A stretch of DNA of 64,000 bases from Methyloprofundus sp. (GCA_028599115.1 JAQRMR010000099.1:14197-78196), one strand, 5' to 3'; shown: positions 8,207 through 19,331, counted from the first letter of the stretch. Translations and numbers: made by a program. Notes: generated by a model not told the origin, from the sequence alone.

Positions 8207-9769
8207 ATGAACCAACCCACCCAAGCCAGCAACTCGATTCGAGCTGAAGCCTTTAAACTAGGCGGTGCCCTGCTATTCTTAGCCGGTATCGTGTTTTTTA
8301 TTAGCAATATGCCTGTCGAAATCACAGCTAACCATACATTTTTAATTATATCCGCCGTCATTGGTGGTTATATGGCACTTAACATTGGTGCCAATGATGT
8401 TGCCAATAATGTTGGTCCAGCGGTTGGTTCTAAAGCACTAACACTGACCGGCGCCATTTTTATTGCTATGATTTTTGAATCCGCTGGGGCTTTAATTGCC
8501 GGTGGTGAAGTGGTTAGTACCATTAAAAAAGGTATTATTGATCCTGCCTTAATTAATGATACAGATACTTTCATTTGGCTAATGTTAGCGGCTTTATTAG
8601 CAGCAGCTGCTTGGTTAAATATCGCAACATTTCTAGGTGCACCTGTTTCAACAACACACTCTATTGTAGGTGGTGTATTAGGTGCAGGGATTGCAGCAGG
8701 TGGCTTTGGAATTGCTAACTGGGTTGTGTTTGGCAAGATTGCAGCCAGCTGGGTTATATCTCCTGTCTTAGGCGGACTGATTGCAGCTAGCTTTCTCTAT
8801 ATTATTAAACGCAACATTACCTATAAAGAAGACATGCTTGTTGCAGCTAAAAAAGTCGTACCTCTATTAATTGCCGTGATGGCTTGGGCCTTCTCGACTT
8901 ATTTAATACTCAAAGGTTTGAAAAAAATATGGAAAGTTGATTTTATAGTGGCAGGCTCTATCGGGCTTGCTATTGCTGCTTTAATTTACCTTTCCCTGCG
9001 CCCATTGATTGCTAAGGCCGCTGAAAAATTAAATAACTCCAAAGGCAGTGTGAATGCTTTATTTACCATTCCTTTAATTTGCGCAGCAGCCTTTTTAAGT
9101 TTTGCTCATGGCGCCAATGACGTTGCTAATGCAGTTGGCCCTCTTGCTGCGATTAATGATGCAATTACTCATGGCGGTATTGCCAAAAAAGCAGCTATTC
9201 CACTTTGGGTCATGTTAATTGGAGCAGTAGGTTTATCATTAGGACTCGCTTTATATGGTGCTAAATTAATTCGTACTGTCGGTTCTGAAATTACCGAGCT
9301 TGATAAAATGCGCGCTTTTTGCGTTTCAATGGCAGCCGCTATCACGGTAATTATTGCTAGCCAATTAGGCTTACCCGTTAGTTCTACCCATATTGCTGTG
9401 GGCGCTATTTTTGGTGTCGGTTTTTTACGTGAGTATTTAAAGCATAGCGAAGAAAAACGTATTGCTAGCATTAAAGAGCATCACGAACATTTAGACCCTG
9501 AAACAACGACTGCTTTTCTCAATCGATTTCAAGCGGCTGATGTGGCAACTAAATCAGCGATGCTTAATGAGCTTAAGCAACAACAAAAAAATAGTGAAAC
9601 TGAATTCACTAAAAAAGAACGTAAAGTGCTAAAAAAAGCTTATAAAGAAGAATTAGTTCAGCGCTCACATGTTTATAAGATTGCAGCAGCATGGATTATT
9701 ACTGTGCCTCTTTCAGCTATCTTAGCGGCAATGTTATATTTTATGATTCGCGGCATGTTAATTCCTTAA
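8207..9769 (+). CDS. Inorganic phosphate transporter, PiT family
   Basis: Two GANDVAN signatures, PVSTTH/PVSSTH, many TM helices. Confidence 0.95.
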   Translation: MNQPTQASNSIRAEAFKLGGALLFLAGIVFFISNMPVEITANHTFLIISAVIGGYMALNIGANDVANNVGPAVGSKALTLTGAIFIAMIFESAGALIAGGEVVSTIKKGIIDPALINDTDTFIWLMLAALLAAAAWLNIATFLGAPVSTTHSIVGGVLGAGIAAGGFGIANWVVFGKIAASWVISPVLGGLIAASFLYIIKRNITYKEDMLVAAKKVVPLLIAVMAWAFSTYLILKGLKKIWKVDFIVAGSIGLAIAALIYLSLRPLIAKAAEKLNNSKGSVNALFTIPLICAAAFLSFAHGANDVANAVGPLAAINDAITHGGIAKKAAIPLWVMLIGAVGLSLGLALYGAKLIRTVGSEITELDKMRAFCVSMAAAITVIIASQLGLPVSSTHIAVGAIFGVGFLREYLKHSEEKRIASIKEHHEHLDPETTTAFLNRFQAADVATKSAMLNELKQQQKNSETEFTKKERKVLKKAYKEELVQRSHVYKIAAAWIITVPLSAILAAMLYFMIRGMLIP

Positions 9770-9795
9770 GCCTTTTATCATTTTTACTTCTCTTT

Positions 9796-9836
9796 AAAGC
9801 GGTTGATTATTGAATAATAATCAACCGCTTTTTTTT
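9796..9836 (+). terminator. Intrinsic terminator after PiT
   Basis: 16-bp stem AAAGCGGTTGATTATT / AATAATCAACCGCTTT followed by a T run. Confidence 0.85.
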
Positions 9837-10073
9837 GCCTGCTTTATTTATCCTCAGCTTCTTAGCTGTCAACAATTTTATTTTTTTATTTAGGTTTACA
9901 CACATTTTTTTTCTGTCACTATATTCTGAACAACAATAGAGCAGCAGAATATTAATAACAACTATTGACTTAGCTATCCAATTGTTTATTAAAGGATTTT
10001 TTAAACCGTCAATTTTTAACACGATTTAAGTTTGCTGCTTGTAATTCAAGGATTAGAGGCAATTTCTCTCGGC

Positions 10074-10108
10074 TTACACACAGAGTTATCCACAATTTTT
10101 GTGCATAA
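10074..10108. promoter_or_regulatory. Cluster of three DnaA boxes upstream of priA
   Basis: TTACACACA (10074-82, one mismatch), TTATCCACA (10086-94, perfect), TGTGCATAA (10100-08, inverted TTATGCACA). Confidence 0.75.
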
Positions 10109-10154
10109 CTTTTTTCCCTGCTTCAACAACCACTTATGATATTAAATACTTAAA

Positions 10155-12362
10155 ATGTCCTTAGCTGAAAAAATTATTTTAAGTATTGCGATTCCTATTC
10201 CGGTTGATCGTTTATTTGATTACCTAGCACCTAACTCAGTAAATATAGAAAAACTATCTCCTGGTATACGTGTAAAAGTCCCTTTTGGGAAATCATTCAA
10301 AATAGGCATTATAATTGAGCTCAAAAATAGCAGTGACAGCCCTGCTAATAAACTAAAGCATGTCGAGGAGATTTTAGATGCTTCTCCACTACTTTTAGAA
10401 AATGACCTAAAACTCTTACACTGGGCGCATCGTTATTACCACCACCCTATTGGCGATGTTTTTACCAGCGCATTACCCACTGCTTTACGTAAAGGAAAAT
10501 CAAGTGCATTAAGTAGCACCCCATATTATGAATTAAGTTTATTAGGTAGCAAATTTGACCTTGCTCTATTTAAAAATGCCCATAAACAACGGGCTTTATT
10601 TGAACTTATCGCCAAGCAAAAGCACCCCATAAGCCAAAAAGAAATTTCATCTCACTTTAGGCTTTGGCAAAGTAGTGTAAAAGCTTTATTAAAAAAAGAG
10701 TTAATTCAACTCTGTGAACCCACACAAAAGACAGCCCCCTTAGAAAAACAAACTCCACTACCAGCAAACACGGAACAACAAGTAGCCATTGAACATATCA
10801 GAAAAAACAATATGCATTTTTCAGTGTCTTTATTAGATGGCGTTACAGGGAGCGGCAAAACTGAAGTGTATTTGCAAAGTATTCAAGCAATATTGAATAA
10901 GGGGCAGCAAGTACTAGTGCTTTTGCCAGAAATAACGCTAACACCGCAACTAGAGAGCAGATTTAATGCAAGGTTCTCAACAAAAATAGAAACTTTTCAT
11001 TCCAAACATACCGAAACACAACGCCGGAATGCTTGGCTTAATATGCAACAAAAGAAGAGTTTGATTTTATTAGGTACACGATCTGCCCTATTAACCCCCT
11101 GCCCCAATTTAGGCATGATTATTTTAGATGAAGAACATGACGCATCTTTTAAACAGCAAGAAGGGTTTCGATTTTCAGCACGAGATGTTGCTATTGTGCG
11201 CGCAAAAATGCTCAATATCCCGATTATTTTAGGCTCTGCAACGCCATCACTAGAGAGTCTTTATAATGTGCAACAAAAACGCTATACACGCCTAGCATTA
11301 TTGCAGCGTGCCGGCTCTGCAACACCGCCTATATTGTCTTTATTAGATGTACGCAATCAATATCTCCAAGAAGGTTTATCTCCCACGCTGATAAAAATGA
11401 TAAAGAGTACCTTGGCTAAAAACGAGCAAGTATTATTATTTTTAAACCGGCGTGGATTTTCACCCACGCTTATTTGCCATAGTTGTGGATGGACTGCGCA
11501 GTGCAAACGTTGCGATGCTAACTTAGTTGTACATTACCAGCAGCAAAAACTCCGCTGCCACCACTGTGCTAGTGAACAGTTTTTAATCAAGAGTTGTCCT
11601 GCCTGCAAATCGGAAGAATTAAAACCCTTAGGTTTAGGAACAGAGCGAGTTGAATACGCACTAAACAGCCTATTTCCAGGAAAAAAAGCGGTGCGTTTAG
11701 ATAGAGATAGTACGCAAAGAAAAGGCAGCTTAGAAGAGCAGCTATCCGCCATTAATTCTGGACAAGTTGATATTATTTTAGGCACACAAATGTTAGCTAA
11801 GGGGCATCATTTTCCTAATGTCACTTTAGTCGCATTACTGGATGTTGATAGCGGATTATTTAGCATTGATTTTCATGCAGCTGAAAAATTAGCACAGTTG
11901 ATTATTCAAGTGGCTGGTCGTGCAGGTAGGGAACATAAAAAAGGCCACGTGGTCATGCAAACCCGCCAGCCTGAGCACCCCTTACTTAATACACTCATAC
12001 AGCAAGGTTACTCTCACTTTGCACAAGCAGCCTTAGCTGAGCGCAAAGAGGCTCAATTGCCACCTTATACTTATCAAGCCTTATTGCGGGCAACAGCGAC
12101 TGAACCACAACTTGCTTTAGAGTTTTTATCTGAAGTGAGCTTAACGATTAGTAAACAAGCCTTTCATACTTTGTTATTAGGCCCTGTTCCTGCTCCTATG
12201 CCTAAAAGAGCAGGACAGTACAGATATCAGCTGTTATTACAAAATGAGCAACGCAAATCTTTGCATTTATTATTAAATGCTATCGTGCCAGAAATAAGTA
12301 AATTAAAACTAGCGCGTAAAGTGAAGTGGTCTTTAGATATAGACCCGATTGATTTGTATTAG
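10155..12362 (+). CDS. priA: Primosomal protein N' (replication restart helicase)
   Basis: GVTGSGKTE, DEEHD, two CxxC pairs, GTQMLAKGHHFP, QVAGRAGR, WSLDIDP. Confidence 0.97.
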   Translation: MSLAEKIILSIAIPIPVDRLFDYLAPNSVNIEKLSPGIRVKVPFGKSFKIGIIIELKNSSDSPANKLKHVEEILDASPLLLENDLKLLHWAHRYYHHPIGDVFTSALPTALRKGKSSALSSTPYYELSLLGSKFDLALFKNAHKQRALFELIAKQKHPISQKEISSHFRLWQSSVKALLKKELIQLCEPTQKTAPLEKQTPLPANTEQQVAIEHIRKNNMHFSVSLLDGVTGSGKTEVYLQSIQAILNKGQQVLVLLPEITLTPQLESRFNARFSTKIETFHSKHTETQRRNAWLNMQQKKSLILLGTRSALLTPCPNLGMIILDEEHDASFKQQEGFRFSARDVAIVRAKMLNIPIILGSATPSLESLYNVQQKRYTRLALLQRAGSATPPILSLLDVRNQYLQEGLSPTLIKMIKSTLAKNEQVLLFLNRRGFSPTLICHSCGWTAQCKRCDANLVVHYQQQKLRCHHCASEQFLIKSCPACKSEELKPLGLGTERVEYALNSLFPGKKAVRLDRDSTQRKGSLEEQLSAINSGQVDIILGTQMLAKGHHFPNVTLVALLDVDSGLFSIDFHAAEKLAQLIIQVAGRAGREHKKGHVVMQTRQPEHPLLNTLIQQGYSHFAQAALAERKEAQLPPYTYQALLRATATEPQLALEFLSEVSLTISKQAFHTLLLGPVPAPMPKRAGQYRYQLLLQNEQRKSLHLLLNAIVPEISKLKLARKVKWSLDIDPIDLY

Positions 12363-12365
12363 GCT

Positions 12366-12399
12366 TATCGTTACTTTGTTTATATACAAAGTAACGATA
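12366..12399. terminator. Hairpin between convergent priA and ppiD
   Basis: 14-bp stem TATCGTTACTTTGT / ACAAAGTAACGATA; no clear U tract. Confidence 0.5.
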
Positions 12400-12514
12400 T
12401 TACAAGCAGTACTCTGAATAGAACACCGAAATTAAAGCTTAAAATTCTAAGCCTTATAACTAAAATCTGCAGCACCCCCACGCCTAGCGTGCAAGAATAC
12501 TGCATAGAGCATTT

Positions 12515-14368
12515 TTACTGATTAATAGAAACAGCTGTATTAACACGCATTCCATCAATAACAGCGGCATAATCAGCCTTACCTAAAGCATTAGAAATAT
12601 TCATTGCCGCTAATTTTTCTTTCTCTGCTTCACCTTTTGAGCTGCCTTCATTAACAGATGTTAATTTAACAACAGTTTGCTCGCCTTCTGCTGAAGCAAC
12701 GATAAAAATAGTAGACTCACCAGCAATAGGTTTAGCCGCTTTAAAGACAGCTTGGTTAAGCTGCCAAGTTAAATCACTATTATTACGAGCGACATTATTA
12801 AGTGCTTGTACTGTTAATTTTTGCGCTTTAACCGCATCCTTGAATGTTGAGCCCGCTAATAATTTCTGTTTTATTTTTTCTGCATTTTCCTGCGCCAACT
12901 CTTTTGCTTGTTTTGCTTGAATGGCTAATTCAATGCTCGCTTTTACAGTGGCTAATGATTTAGTTTCTGCTGGTAAATGCTTTAATAGACGCACGATAAC
13001 TAAACTATCATCGCCTAGTTCAACTGGCTCACTATTATTACCTTCTAAAACTGATTTAGAAAAAGCCATACTTCTAATTTTTCCCTCTTCAGCAATTCCT
13101 TCTCCTGACTGACGAGTAAAGAGTTTTGATGTTTTTAATGGTAAATCTAACATTTCAGCAACAACTTGTAAGTTATCTGAATTCTCAAAACTTAACTCAG
13201 TTAATGATTCACCTAGCTCATAAAAGCTAGTTTCTGCTTCAGCTCGCTGCACAGCTTCCTTAACCTGAATTTTTACTTCCTCTAAAGGCTTAGTTACCGC
13301 AGGCACTAATTCTGTCACAGTAATAATATGGTAACCAAAAGCAGACTCTACAGGCTCAGATATCTCGCCTAACACTAATTCTGCAGCAACTTTTTCAAAA
13401 TTTGCTTCCATAACGCCAACTTCAAATAAACCTAAATCACCCCCGACTTTAGCAGTCAAGCTATCATCCGATAACTCCTTAGCTAAGCTTGCAAACTCTT
13501 CTTTTGCTAAGCGAGACTTAGCAGCTTTAGCTTTTTCTAAAGCTTGCTCCAATGTTGTTTCTTTTGTTTTTGCGAATAAAATATGACTAATTTTTCTACG
13601 CTCTTTTTTAGAAAAAAGCACCTTATTTTCTTCATAATAAGCAGTAACTTGCTCATCTGAAGGTGTCACACTCTGCATTAAATCAGATAAGGTTAATTGA
13701 ATATACTCAATAGATGCCTGTTCTTCTGTCTGATATTCACTGGTGTGCGCCGCATAATAAGCATCAATATCTTCTTGGCTAGGCTGCTTTTTAATCGCGT
13801 TGACTTTAACAGTACTGTACTCAATAGAGCGAGTTTGATTTTGAATTTTAAAAAATTGCGCTAACTCTTGTTTTGGCACAAAGCTGCTTTCCGTCACTGC
13901 TTTTTGAAATTGCTCCATTAATAAAGCTTTACGAACACGATTAACAAATTGAGCCGTTGACATACCCTGTCTACCTAAAACAGCTTCGTATTGCTTTTTA
14001 TTAAATTTTCCATCTTCTTGAAAATACTGTAATGATGCGATAAATTCTCGTACTGCTGTATCGCTAATACTCAGCTTTTCCGACACAACATGTTGCAATA
14101 ATAATTCATCACTAATCAACTTTTCTATTGCTTGCTGCTTAAGTATTGCTTCAGGCACCTGCATTTCAGCATATTGCTGCTTAAATTGCTCGTAAGCTTG
14201 GTTGACATCATATTGAGAAAACTCAGTCTCTCCCACAACCACAAGACCTGCTTCTTTAACATTATCCGTATAATTATTTAACCCCATCAACGCAAAAGGA
14301 ACACAAATAACAATTAAAATTCCCCAGGCAAAAGTACCCTTTGTTTTTTCTCTGATTTTTGTCAGCAT
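12515..14368 (-). CDS. ppiD: Periplasmic chaperone/PPIase PpiD
   Basis: MLTKIRE N-terminal anchor, SurA-like domain, parvulin motifs (SHILF, GGDLG, FGYHII); conserved position after hupB. Confidence 0.92.
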   Translation of the reverse strand: MLTKIREKTKGTFAWGILIVICVPFALMGLNNYTDNVKEAGLVVVGETEFSQYDVNQAYEQFKQQYAEMQVPEAILKQQAIEKLISDELLLQHVVSEKLSISDTAVREFIASLQYFQEDGKFNKKQYEAVLGRQGMSTAQFVNRVRKALLMEQFQKAVTESSFVPKQELAQFFKIQNQTRSIEYSTVKVNAIKKQPSQEDIDAYYAAHTSEYQTEEQASIEYIQLTLSDLMQSVTPSDEQVTAYYEENKVLFSKKERRKISHILFAKTKETTLEQALEKAKAAKSRLAKEEFASLAKELSDDSLTAKVGGDLGLFEVGVMEANFEKVAAELVLGEISEPVESAFGYHIITVTELVPAVTKPLEEVKIQVKEAVQRAEAETSFYELGESLTELSFENSDNLQVVAEMLDLPLKTSKLFTRQSGEGIAEEGKIRSMAFSKSVLEGNNSEPVELGDDSLVIVRLLKHLPAETKSLATVKASIELAIQAKQAKELAQENAEKIKQKLLAGSTFKDAVKAQKLTVQALNNVARNNSDLTWQLNQAVFKAAKPIAGESTIFIVASAEGEQTVVKLTSVNEGSSKGEAEKEKLAAMNISNALGKADYAAVIDGMRVNTAVSINQ

Positions 14369-14482
14369 TTAACTTAGCCTTAACTGATTGTATGTTGAAT
14401 ATACGGCTTATTTAAGCCATAAGATTACGAAGTAAAAAGAGTATTTTACTGCATTTAATGATAAATACACTTTATTTTAAGC

Positions 14483-14515
14483 AAAAAAAAGCCTCGAACA
14501 ATGTCGAGGCTTTTT
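14483..14515 (-). terminator. Terminator of tRNA unit 1
   Basis: GCCTCGA / TCGAGGC stem flanked by A8 and T5. Confidence 0.85.
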
Positions 14516-14519
14516 AATA

Positions 14520-14596
14520 TGGCGGAGCGGACGGGATTCGAACCCGCGACCTCCGGCGTGACAGGCCAGCATTCTAACCAACTGAACTACCGCTCC
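14520..14596 (-). tRNA. tRNA-Asp (GTC)
   Basis: GGAGCGGTAGTTCAGTTGG...CTGTCAC...GTTCGAATC...CTCCGCCA cloverleaf with encoded CCA. Confidence 0.97.
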
Positions 14597-14605
14597 TTTG
14601 TCTTG

Positions 14606-14681
14606 TGGTGGGTGATGAGGGGATCGAACCCCCGACCCTCGCCTTGTAAGGGCGATGCTCTCCCAGCTGAGCTAATCACCC
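14606..14681 (-). tRNA. tRNA-Val (TAC)
   Basis: GGGTGATTAGCTCAGCTGG...CTTACAA...GTTCGATC...CACCCACCA. Confidence 0.97.
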
Positions 14682-14696
14682 CACTAAAGAAAATCA

Positions 14697-14725
14697 ATTA
14701 TATGGCAAAAATAACTCTACGTCAA
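14697..14725 (-). promoter_or_regulatory. Sigma70 promoter of tRNA unit 1
   Basis: TTGACG-17 bp-TATAAT. Confidence 0.85.
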
Positions 14726-14777
14726 CAAAAATGCGACTTTAAAAAATAATACTATCTCAAGACCTTTTATCTTAAGC

Positions 14778-14810
14778 AAAAAAAAGCCTCGAACAATGTC
14801 GAGGCTTTTT
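14778..14810 (-). terminator. Terminator of tRNA unit 2
   Basis: Identical to 14483-14515. Confidence 0.85.
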
Positions 14811-14814
14811 AATA

Positions 14815-14891
14815 TGGCGGAGCGGACGGGATTCGAACCCGCGACCTCCGGCGTGACAGGCCAGCATTCTAACCAACTGAACTACCGCTCC
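14815..14891 (-). tRNA. tRNA-Asp (GTC), copy 2
   Basis: Identical to 14520-14596. Confidence 0.97.
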
Positions 14892-14900
14892 TTTGTCTTG

Positions 14901-14976
14901 TGGTGGGTGATGAGGGGATCGAACCCCCGACCCTCGCCTTGTAAGGGCGATGCTCTCCCAGCTGAGCTAATCACCC
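14901..14976 (-). tRNA. tRNA-Val (TAC), copy 2
   Basis: Identical to 14606-14681. Confidence 0.97.
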
Positions 14977-14991
14977 CACTAAAGAAAAACC

Positions 14992-15019
14992 ATTATAATA
15001 CCTTTTTAGATTTATACAA
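14992..15019 (-). promoter_or_regulatory. Sigma70 promoter of tRNA unit 2
   Basis: TTGTAT-16 bp-TATAAT. Confidence 0.6.
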
Positions 15020-15035
15020 TCTTTAAAACTACTTT

Positions 15036-15311
15036 TTAAGTATTAACGCTATCTTTTAAACTTTTACCTGCTTTAAAAGAAGGAACTTTAGCTGCTTTAA
15101 TAGTAATTTCAGCACCTGTTTGTGGGTTACGGCCTTTACGTTCCGCTCTTTCTTTAACGGTAAAAGTACCAAAACCAACTAATGCTACAGAATCTTGGTT
15201 TTTTAATGCGTCAGTTACTGAAGACATAAATGCATCTAATGCACGCCCAGCATCTGCTTTTGTTAATTCTGATGCGTCCGCCATTGCATCAATAAGTTCT
15301 GATTTATTCAT
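15036..15311 (-). CDS. hupB: DNA-binding protein HU-beta
   Basis: [32 protein letters not shown]; downstream of lon. Confidence 0.96.
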   Translation of the reverse strand: MNKSELIDAMADASELTKADAGRALDAFMSSVTDALKNQDSVALVGFGTFTVKERAERKGRNPQTGAEITIKAAKVPSFKAGKSLKDSVNT

Positions 15312-15387
15312 TTACTCTACTCCTAAGGAAATTTATACAATCTAATATGCTTGGTTCAAAACTGCATGTATCGTTAAACCAATTACC

Positions 15388-15417
15388 TTTATATCAACTA
15401 CATGCTAGCCCTGTCAA
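15388..15417 (-). promoter_or_regulatory. hupB promoter
   Basis: TTGACA-18 bp-TATAAA with an extended -10 TG. Confidence 0.6.
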
Positions 15418-15442
15418 GCTGTTCAGCTGTATTTTACAAAAT

Positions 15443-17863
15443 TTAATGAGCAACAACTGATTTACCCTCTTTTTCTTTCATCTTCTGCTCTACCAGCGAC
15501 TCACTAATGGCTAACGGCTTAGGTTGGTGCTGAAGCGCGAAATCTAAGACTTGATCAATCCAGCGCACGGCTTTAATATCCATATTTTCTTTAATGTTTT
15601 CAGGAATATCCGCTAAATCTTTTTCATTTTCCTCTGGAATTAAAACCACTTTAATCCCACCTCTATGTGCAGCTAATAACTTTTCTTTCAAACCACCAAT
15701 CGGCAACACTTCGCCACGCAAGGTAATCTCTCCTGTCATCGCCACATCAGCTCTTACCGGAATCCCCGTTAAGACAGAAATAATCGCTGTACACATCCCT
15801 GCCCCAGCACTAGGCCCATCTTTTGGCGTTGCACCTTCCGGCACATGGATATGTAAATCTTGGTTCTGAAACACCTCTTCTTTAATCCCTAAAGCACTTG
15901 CGCGAGAACGCACAACCGTTACCGCTGCCTCAATAGATTCCTTCATCACATCGCCCAATTTTCCAGTCGATGTTTGCTTACCCTTACCTGGCATTGCAAC
16001 CGCTTCAATAGTCAGCAACTCCCCTCCAACTTCGGTCCAAGCCAAACCTGTTACCTGTCCGATTTGGTTCTTATCTTCCGCCAAACCAAAACTAAAACGC
16101 TTAACCCCTAAGTACTCACTTAAGTTATCTGAGTCCACCTTAACCATTGCTTGCTTCTCTTTTAGCAACAGCTCTTTAACCACTTTTCGGCAAATTTTAG
16201 AAATTTCTCGCTCTAAATTTCTAACACCCGCCTCACGCGTGTAATAACGAACAATATCACGAACAACATTTTCCTCAATATTTATCTCAGCTTCTAATAA
16301 ACCATTATTTTTTAATTGCTTAGGAACTAAGTAACGAAGAGCAATATTGATTTTTTCATCTTCGGTATACCCTGCTAAACGAATCACTTCCATTCTATCC
16401 AATAAAGGACCCGGAATATTCATTGTATTAGCGGTCGCAACAAACATAACGTCAGACAAATCAAAATCAACATCTAAATAATGATCCGAAAATGCTTTAT
16501 TTTGCTCTGGGTCTAAAACCTCAAGCAGTGCTGAAGCTGGATCACCACGAAAATCACCGGACATTTTATCTATTTCATCCAGCAAGAACATTGGGTTACG
16601 AACTTTTATTTTCGCTAGATTTTGTATAATTTTCCCAGGCATTGCACCGATATAAGTACGTCGATGCCCGCGAATTTCCGACTCATCTCGCACCCCACCC
16701 AGCGCCATACGAATATATTTCCGATTAGTTGCACGTGCAATAGACTGCCCTAAAGATGTCTTACCAACCCCAGGAGGCCCTACCAAACATAAAATAGGCC
16801 CATTAAGCGACTTCACCCGCTGCTGTACGGCTAAGTACTCTAAAATGCGTTCTTTCACTTTTTCTAAGCCATAATGATCTGCATCAAGTATTTCTTCAGC
16901 AAGCTTTAAATCATGTCTTACTTTGGTTTTTTTCTTCCACGGCGCATTCAGCATCCAATCAATATAGTTACGTACAACTGATGCTTCAGCCGACATCGCT
17001 GACATCATTTTTAACTTATTTAATTCAACCGTTGCTTTCTCTTTAGCTTCCTTGCTCATCCCTGCTTTTTCTATCTTTTTCTCTAACTCTTCCGTCTCAC
17101 TTAGCACTTCTTCCATGTCGCCTAATTCTTTTTGAATAGCCTTCATTTGCTCATTCAAATAGTATTCTCTTTGGTTTTTATCCATTTGCTTTTTAACGCG
17201 CACACGAATATCTTTTTCCAAAGTAAATAAGTCAGCCTCATTCTCCATCAACAGCATTAACTTTTCTAAGCGCTGCGTTACATCAACCATTTCTAGCAGC
17301 TCTTGCTTCTCCAGCACCTTCAAGCTCATATGCGCCGCCATTGTATCTGCAAGGCGGCTCGGTTCCTCTATGCTCGACAAAGCGCTAACAACTTCCGGTG
17401 GAATTTTATTATTTAGTTTTACATATTTAGAAAACGACTCAATTGCAGCTCTAACCAATACATCCAGTTTTTTCTCATTTTCAACTTCAGTTTCTTCAAT
17501 AGGCGTAATATCTGCAACAATATAATCCAGTTGCTCTAAATATGCATCAACCCTAACACGTTGCTCGCCTTCAACTAAAACCTTAACCGTACCATCAGGT
17601 AGTTTCAGCAATTGCAATATATTAGCAAGCGTACCCACTTCGTGTAATTCATCAAACTTAGGGTCATCCAAATCTGCTTCTATTTGCGTGGCGAGCAATA
17701 TCTGCTTATTATTATCCATTGCAAAGTCTAAAGCATCTATTGACTTAACTCTTCCCACAAATAAAGGGATCACCATGTGAGGATACACAACCACATCTCT
17801 TAAAGGTAATACTGGGATTAAATCACTCCCCATGTCTTCAACTAATTCTTGTGCTTCCATCAA
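15443..17863 (-). CDS. lon: ATP-dependent protease La
   Basis: [35 protein letters not shown]. Confidence 0.98.
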   Translation of the reverse strand: MMEAQELVEDMGSDLIPVLPLRDVVVYPHMVIPLFVGRVKSIDALDFAMDNNKQILLATQIEADLDDPKFDELHEVGTLANILQLLKLPDGTVKVLVEGEQRVRVDAYLEQLDYIVADITPIEETEVENEKKLDVLVRAAIESFSKYVKLNNKIPPEVVSALSSIEEPSRLADTMAAHMSLKVLEKQELLEMVDVTQRLEKLMLLMENEADLFTLEKDIRVRVKKQMDKNQREYYLNEQMKAIQKELGDMEEVLSETEELEKKIEKAGMSKEAKEKATVELNKLKMMSAMSAEASVVRNYIDWMLNAPWKKKTKVRHDLKLAEEILDADHYGLEKVKERILEYLAVQQRVKSLNGPILCLVGPPGVGKTSLGQSIARATNRKYIRMALGGVRDESEIRGHRRTYIGAMPGKIIQNLAKIKVRNPMFLLDEIDKMSGDFRGDPASALLEVLDPEQNKAFSDHYLDVDFDLSDVMFVATANTMNIPGPLLDRMEVIRLAGYTEDEKINIALRYLVPKQLKNNGLLEAEINIEENVVRDIVRYYTREAGVRNLEREISKICRKVVKELLLKEKQAMVKVDSDNLSEYLGVKRFSFGLAEDKNQIGQVTGLAWTEVGGELLTIEAVAMPGKGKQTSTGKLGDVMKESIEAAVTVVRSRASALGIKEEVFQNQDLHIHVPEGATPKDGPSAGAGMCTAIISVLTGIPVRADVAMTGEITLRGEVLPIGGLKEKLLAAHRGGIKVVLIPEENEKDLADIPENIKENMDIKAVRWIDQVLDFALQHQPKPLAISESLVEQKMKEKEGKSVVAH

Positions 17864-17962
17864 TAAAACCTGCTTTTAATTCAAAATATGTTTTTTAGGG
17901 CAAAGGATGCAATAAAACTCATAACAACTACAAGGTTTTATAAAGTCCTCTATATTTAATAC

Positions 17963-17989
17963 TATAAGGGTGATTAATAACATAACAAG
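17963..17989 (-). promoter_or_regulatory. Possible sigma32 promoter of lon
   Basis: CTTGTT-13 bp-CCCTTATA resembles CTTGAA/CCCCATNT; lon is a known RpoH target in other gammaproteobacteria. Confidence 0.3.
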
Positions 17990-18000
17990 TTAATCGGCAA

Positions 18001-18041
18001 AAAAAAGCGTAAGCTTCATTAACTGAAACTTACGCTTTTTT
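18001..18041. terminator. Terminator between clpX and lon
   Basis: AAAAAAGCGTAAG / CTTACGCTTTTTT stem. Confidence 0.75.
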
Positions 18042-18059
18042 AGTATTTTCTACTTTTAT

Positions 18060-19331
18060 TTATGATGCTTCTTTCTTTTCCTCATCATAAATAAAATATG
18101 GATCATTATCACCTTCGATCACATCCTTATCAATCACAACCTTTCTAACATCATCTGTTGAAGGAATTTCATACATCGCGTCTAACAACACATTTTCTAC
18201 AATGGTTCTTAAACCACGAGCACCTGTTTTACGCTGCATTGATTTTTGAGCAATAGCTGACAACGAATCTTCGCTAAACTCTAACTCAGTCCCTTCCATT
18301 GCAAATAATCGCTGATACTGCTTAGTTAATGCATTTTTAGGCTCAGTTAACACCTTGATTAGCGCATTTTCACTTAGCTCTTCTAAAGTTGCAACAACCG
18401 GTAACCGACCAACAAACTCAGGGATCAAGCCATATTTCACTAAATCATCTGCTTCGACTTCAGCAAACAATTCACCAATATTTTTGCTATCCTCTTTAGT
18501 TTTCACTTCAGCAGAAAAACCAATACCCCCTTTTTCAGACCGTTGCTGCACAACCTTGTCTAAACCAGCAAATGCTCCGCCAACAATAAAAAGAATATTA
18601 GCAGTATTCACTTGAATAAATTCTTGCTGTGGATTTTTCCGCCCACCTTGCGGGGATACCGAAGCAATTGTTCCCTCAATTAGCTTTAGCAGTGCCTGTT
18701 GCACCCCTTCACCTGAAACATCCCTAGTAATCGATGGGTTCTCAGATTTACGGGTAATTTTATCAATTTCATCAATATAAACGATTGCTGACTCAGCTTT
18801 CGTCACATCAAAATCACAAGTTTGTAGAATTCGTTGAATAATGTTTTCAACATCTTCGCCCACATAACCTGCTTCGGTCAACGTTGTTGCATCTGCAATA
18901 GCAAATGGAACATCTAAAGCTTTTGCCAAAGTTTCAGCTAATAATGTTTTTCCTGAACCTGTTGGGCCAATTAATAGAATATTACTTTTTCCTAGCTCAA
19001 TATCACTACTTTTATCAGTGTGGCTACGCAATCTTTTATAATGATTATAAACAGCAACCGACAAAATACGTTTCGCCTTATCTTGGCCAATCACATACTC
19101 ATCAAGAGCCGCTTTAATTTCTTTTGGTTTCGGTAGCGCTTTCTCTAAACTAGCACCACCCTCTTCGGCAGCATCTTTTGCTAATTCTTCTTCGATAATA
19201 TCGTTACAAAAATCAACGCACTCATTGCACATATAGACAGATGGACCAGCAACCAGCTTTCTAACTTCACTTTGGCTTTTACCACAAAATGAACAATACA
19301 AAACCACATCACTTTCGCTATCTTTACTCAT
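18060..19331 (-). CDS. clpX: ClpX ATPase
   Basis: CSFCGKS zinc finger, [29 protein letters not shown]. Confidence 0.98.
   Translation of the reverse strand: MSKDSESDVVLYCSFCGKSQSEVRKLVAGPSVYMCNECVDFCNDIIEEELAKDAAEEGGASLEKALPKPKEIKAALDEYVIGQDKAKRILSVAVYNHYKRLRSHTDKSSDIELGKSNILLIGPTGSGKTLLAETLAKALDVPFAIADATTLTEAGYVGEDVENIIQRILQTCDFDVTKAESAIVYIDEIDKITRKSENPSITRDVSGEGVQQALLKLIEGTIASVSPQGGRKNPQQEFIQVNTANILFIVGGAFAGLDKVVQQRSEKGGIGFSAEVKTKEDSKNIGELFAEVEADDLVKYGLIPEFVGRLPVVATLEELSENALIKVLTEPKNALTKQYQRLFAMEGTELEFSEDSLSAIAQKSMQRKTGARGLRTIVENVLLDAMYEIPSTDDVRKVVIDKDVIEGDNDPYFIYDEEKKEAS

Larger units (their letters stand above)
14477..14988. repeat. Tandem duplication of a 217-bp tRNA-Val/tRNA-Asp/terminator unit (period 295 bp)
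   Basis: 14477-14693 is identical to 14772-14988. Confidence 0.95.

Noticed and set aside
9807-10022. 71-aa ORF between PiT and priA
   Set aside because: Low-complexity K/I/L composition typical of AT-rich non-coding DNA, and it overlaps the terminator.
14501-15026. Two near-identical 76-82 aa ORFs
   Set aside because: Antisense shadows of the tRNA-Asp/tRNA-Val genes.
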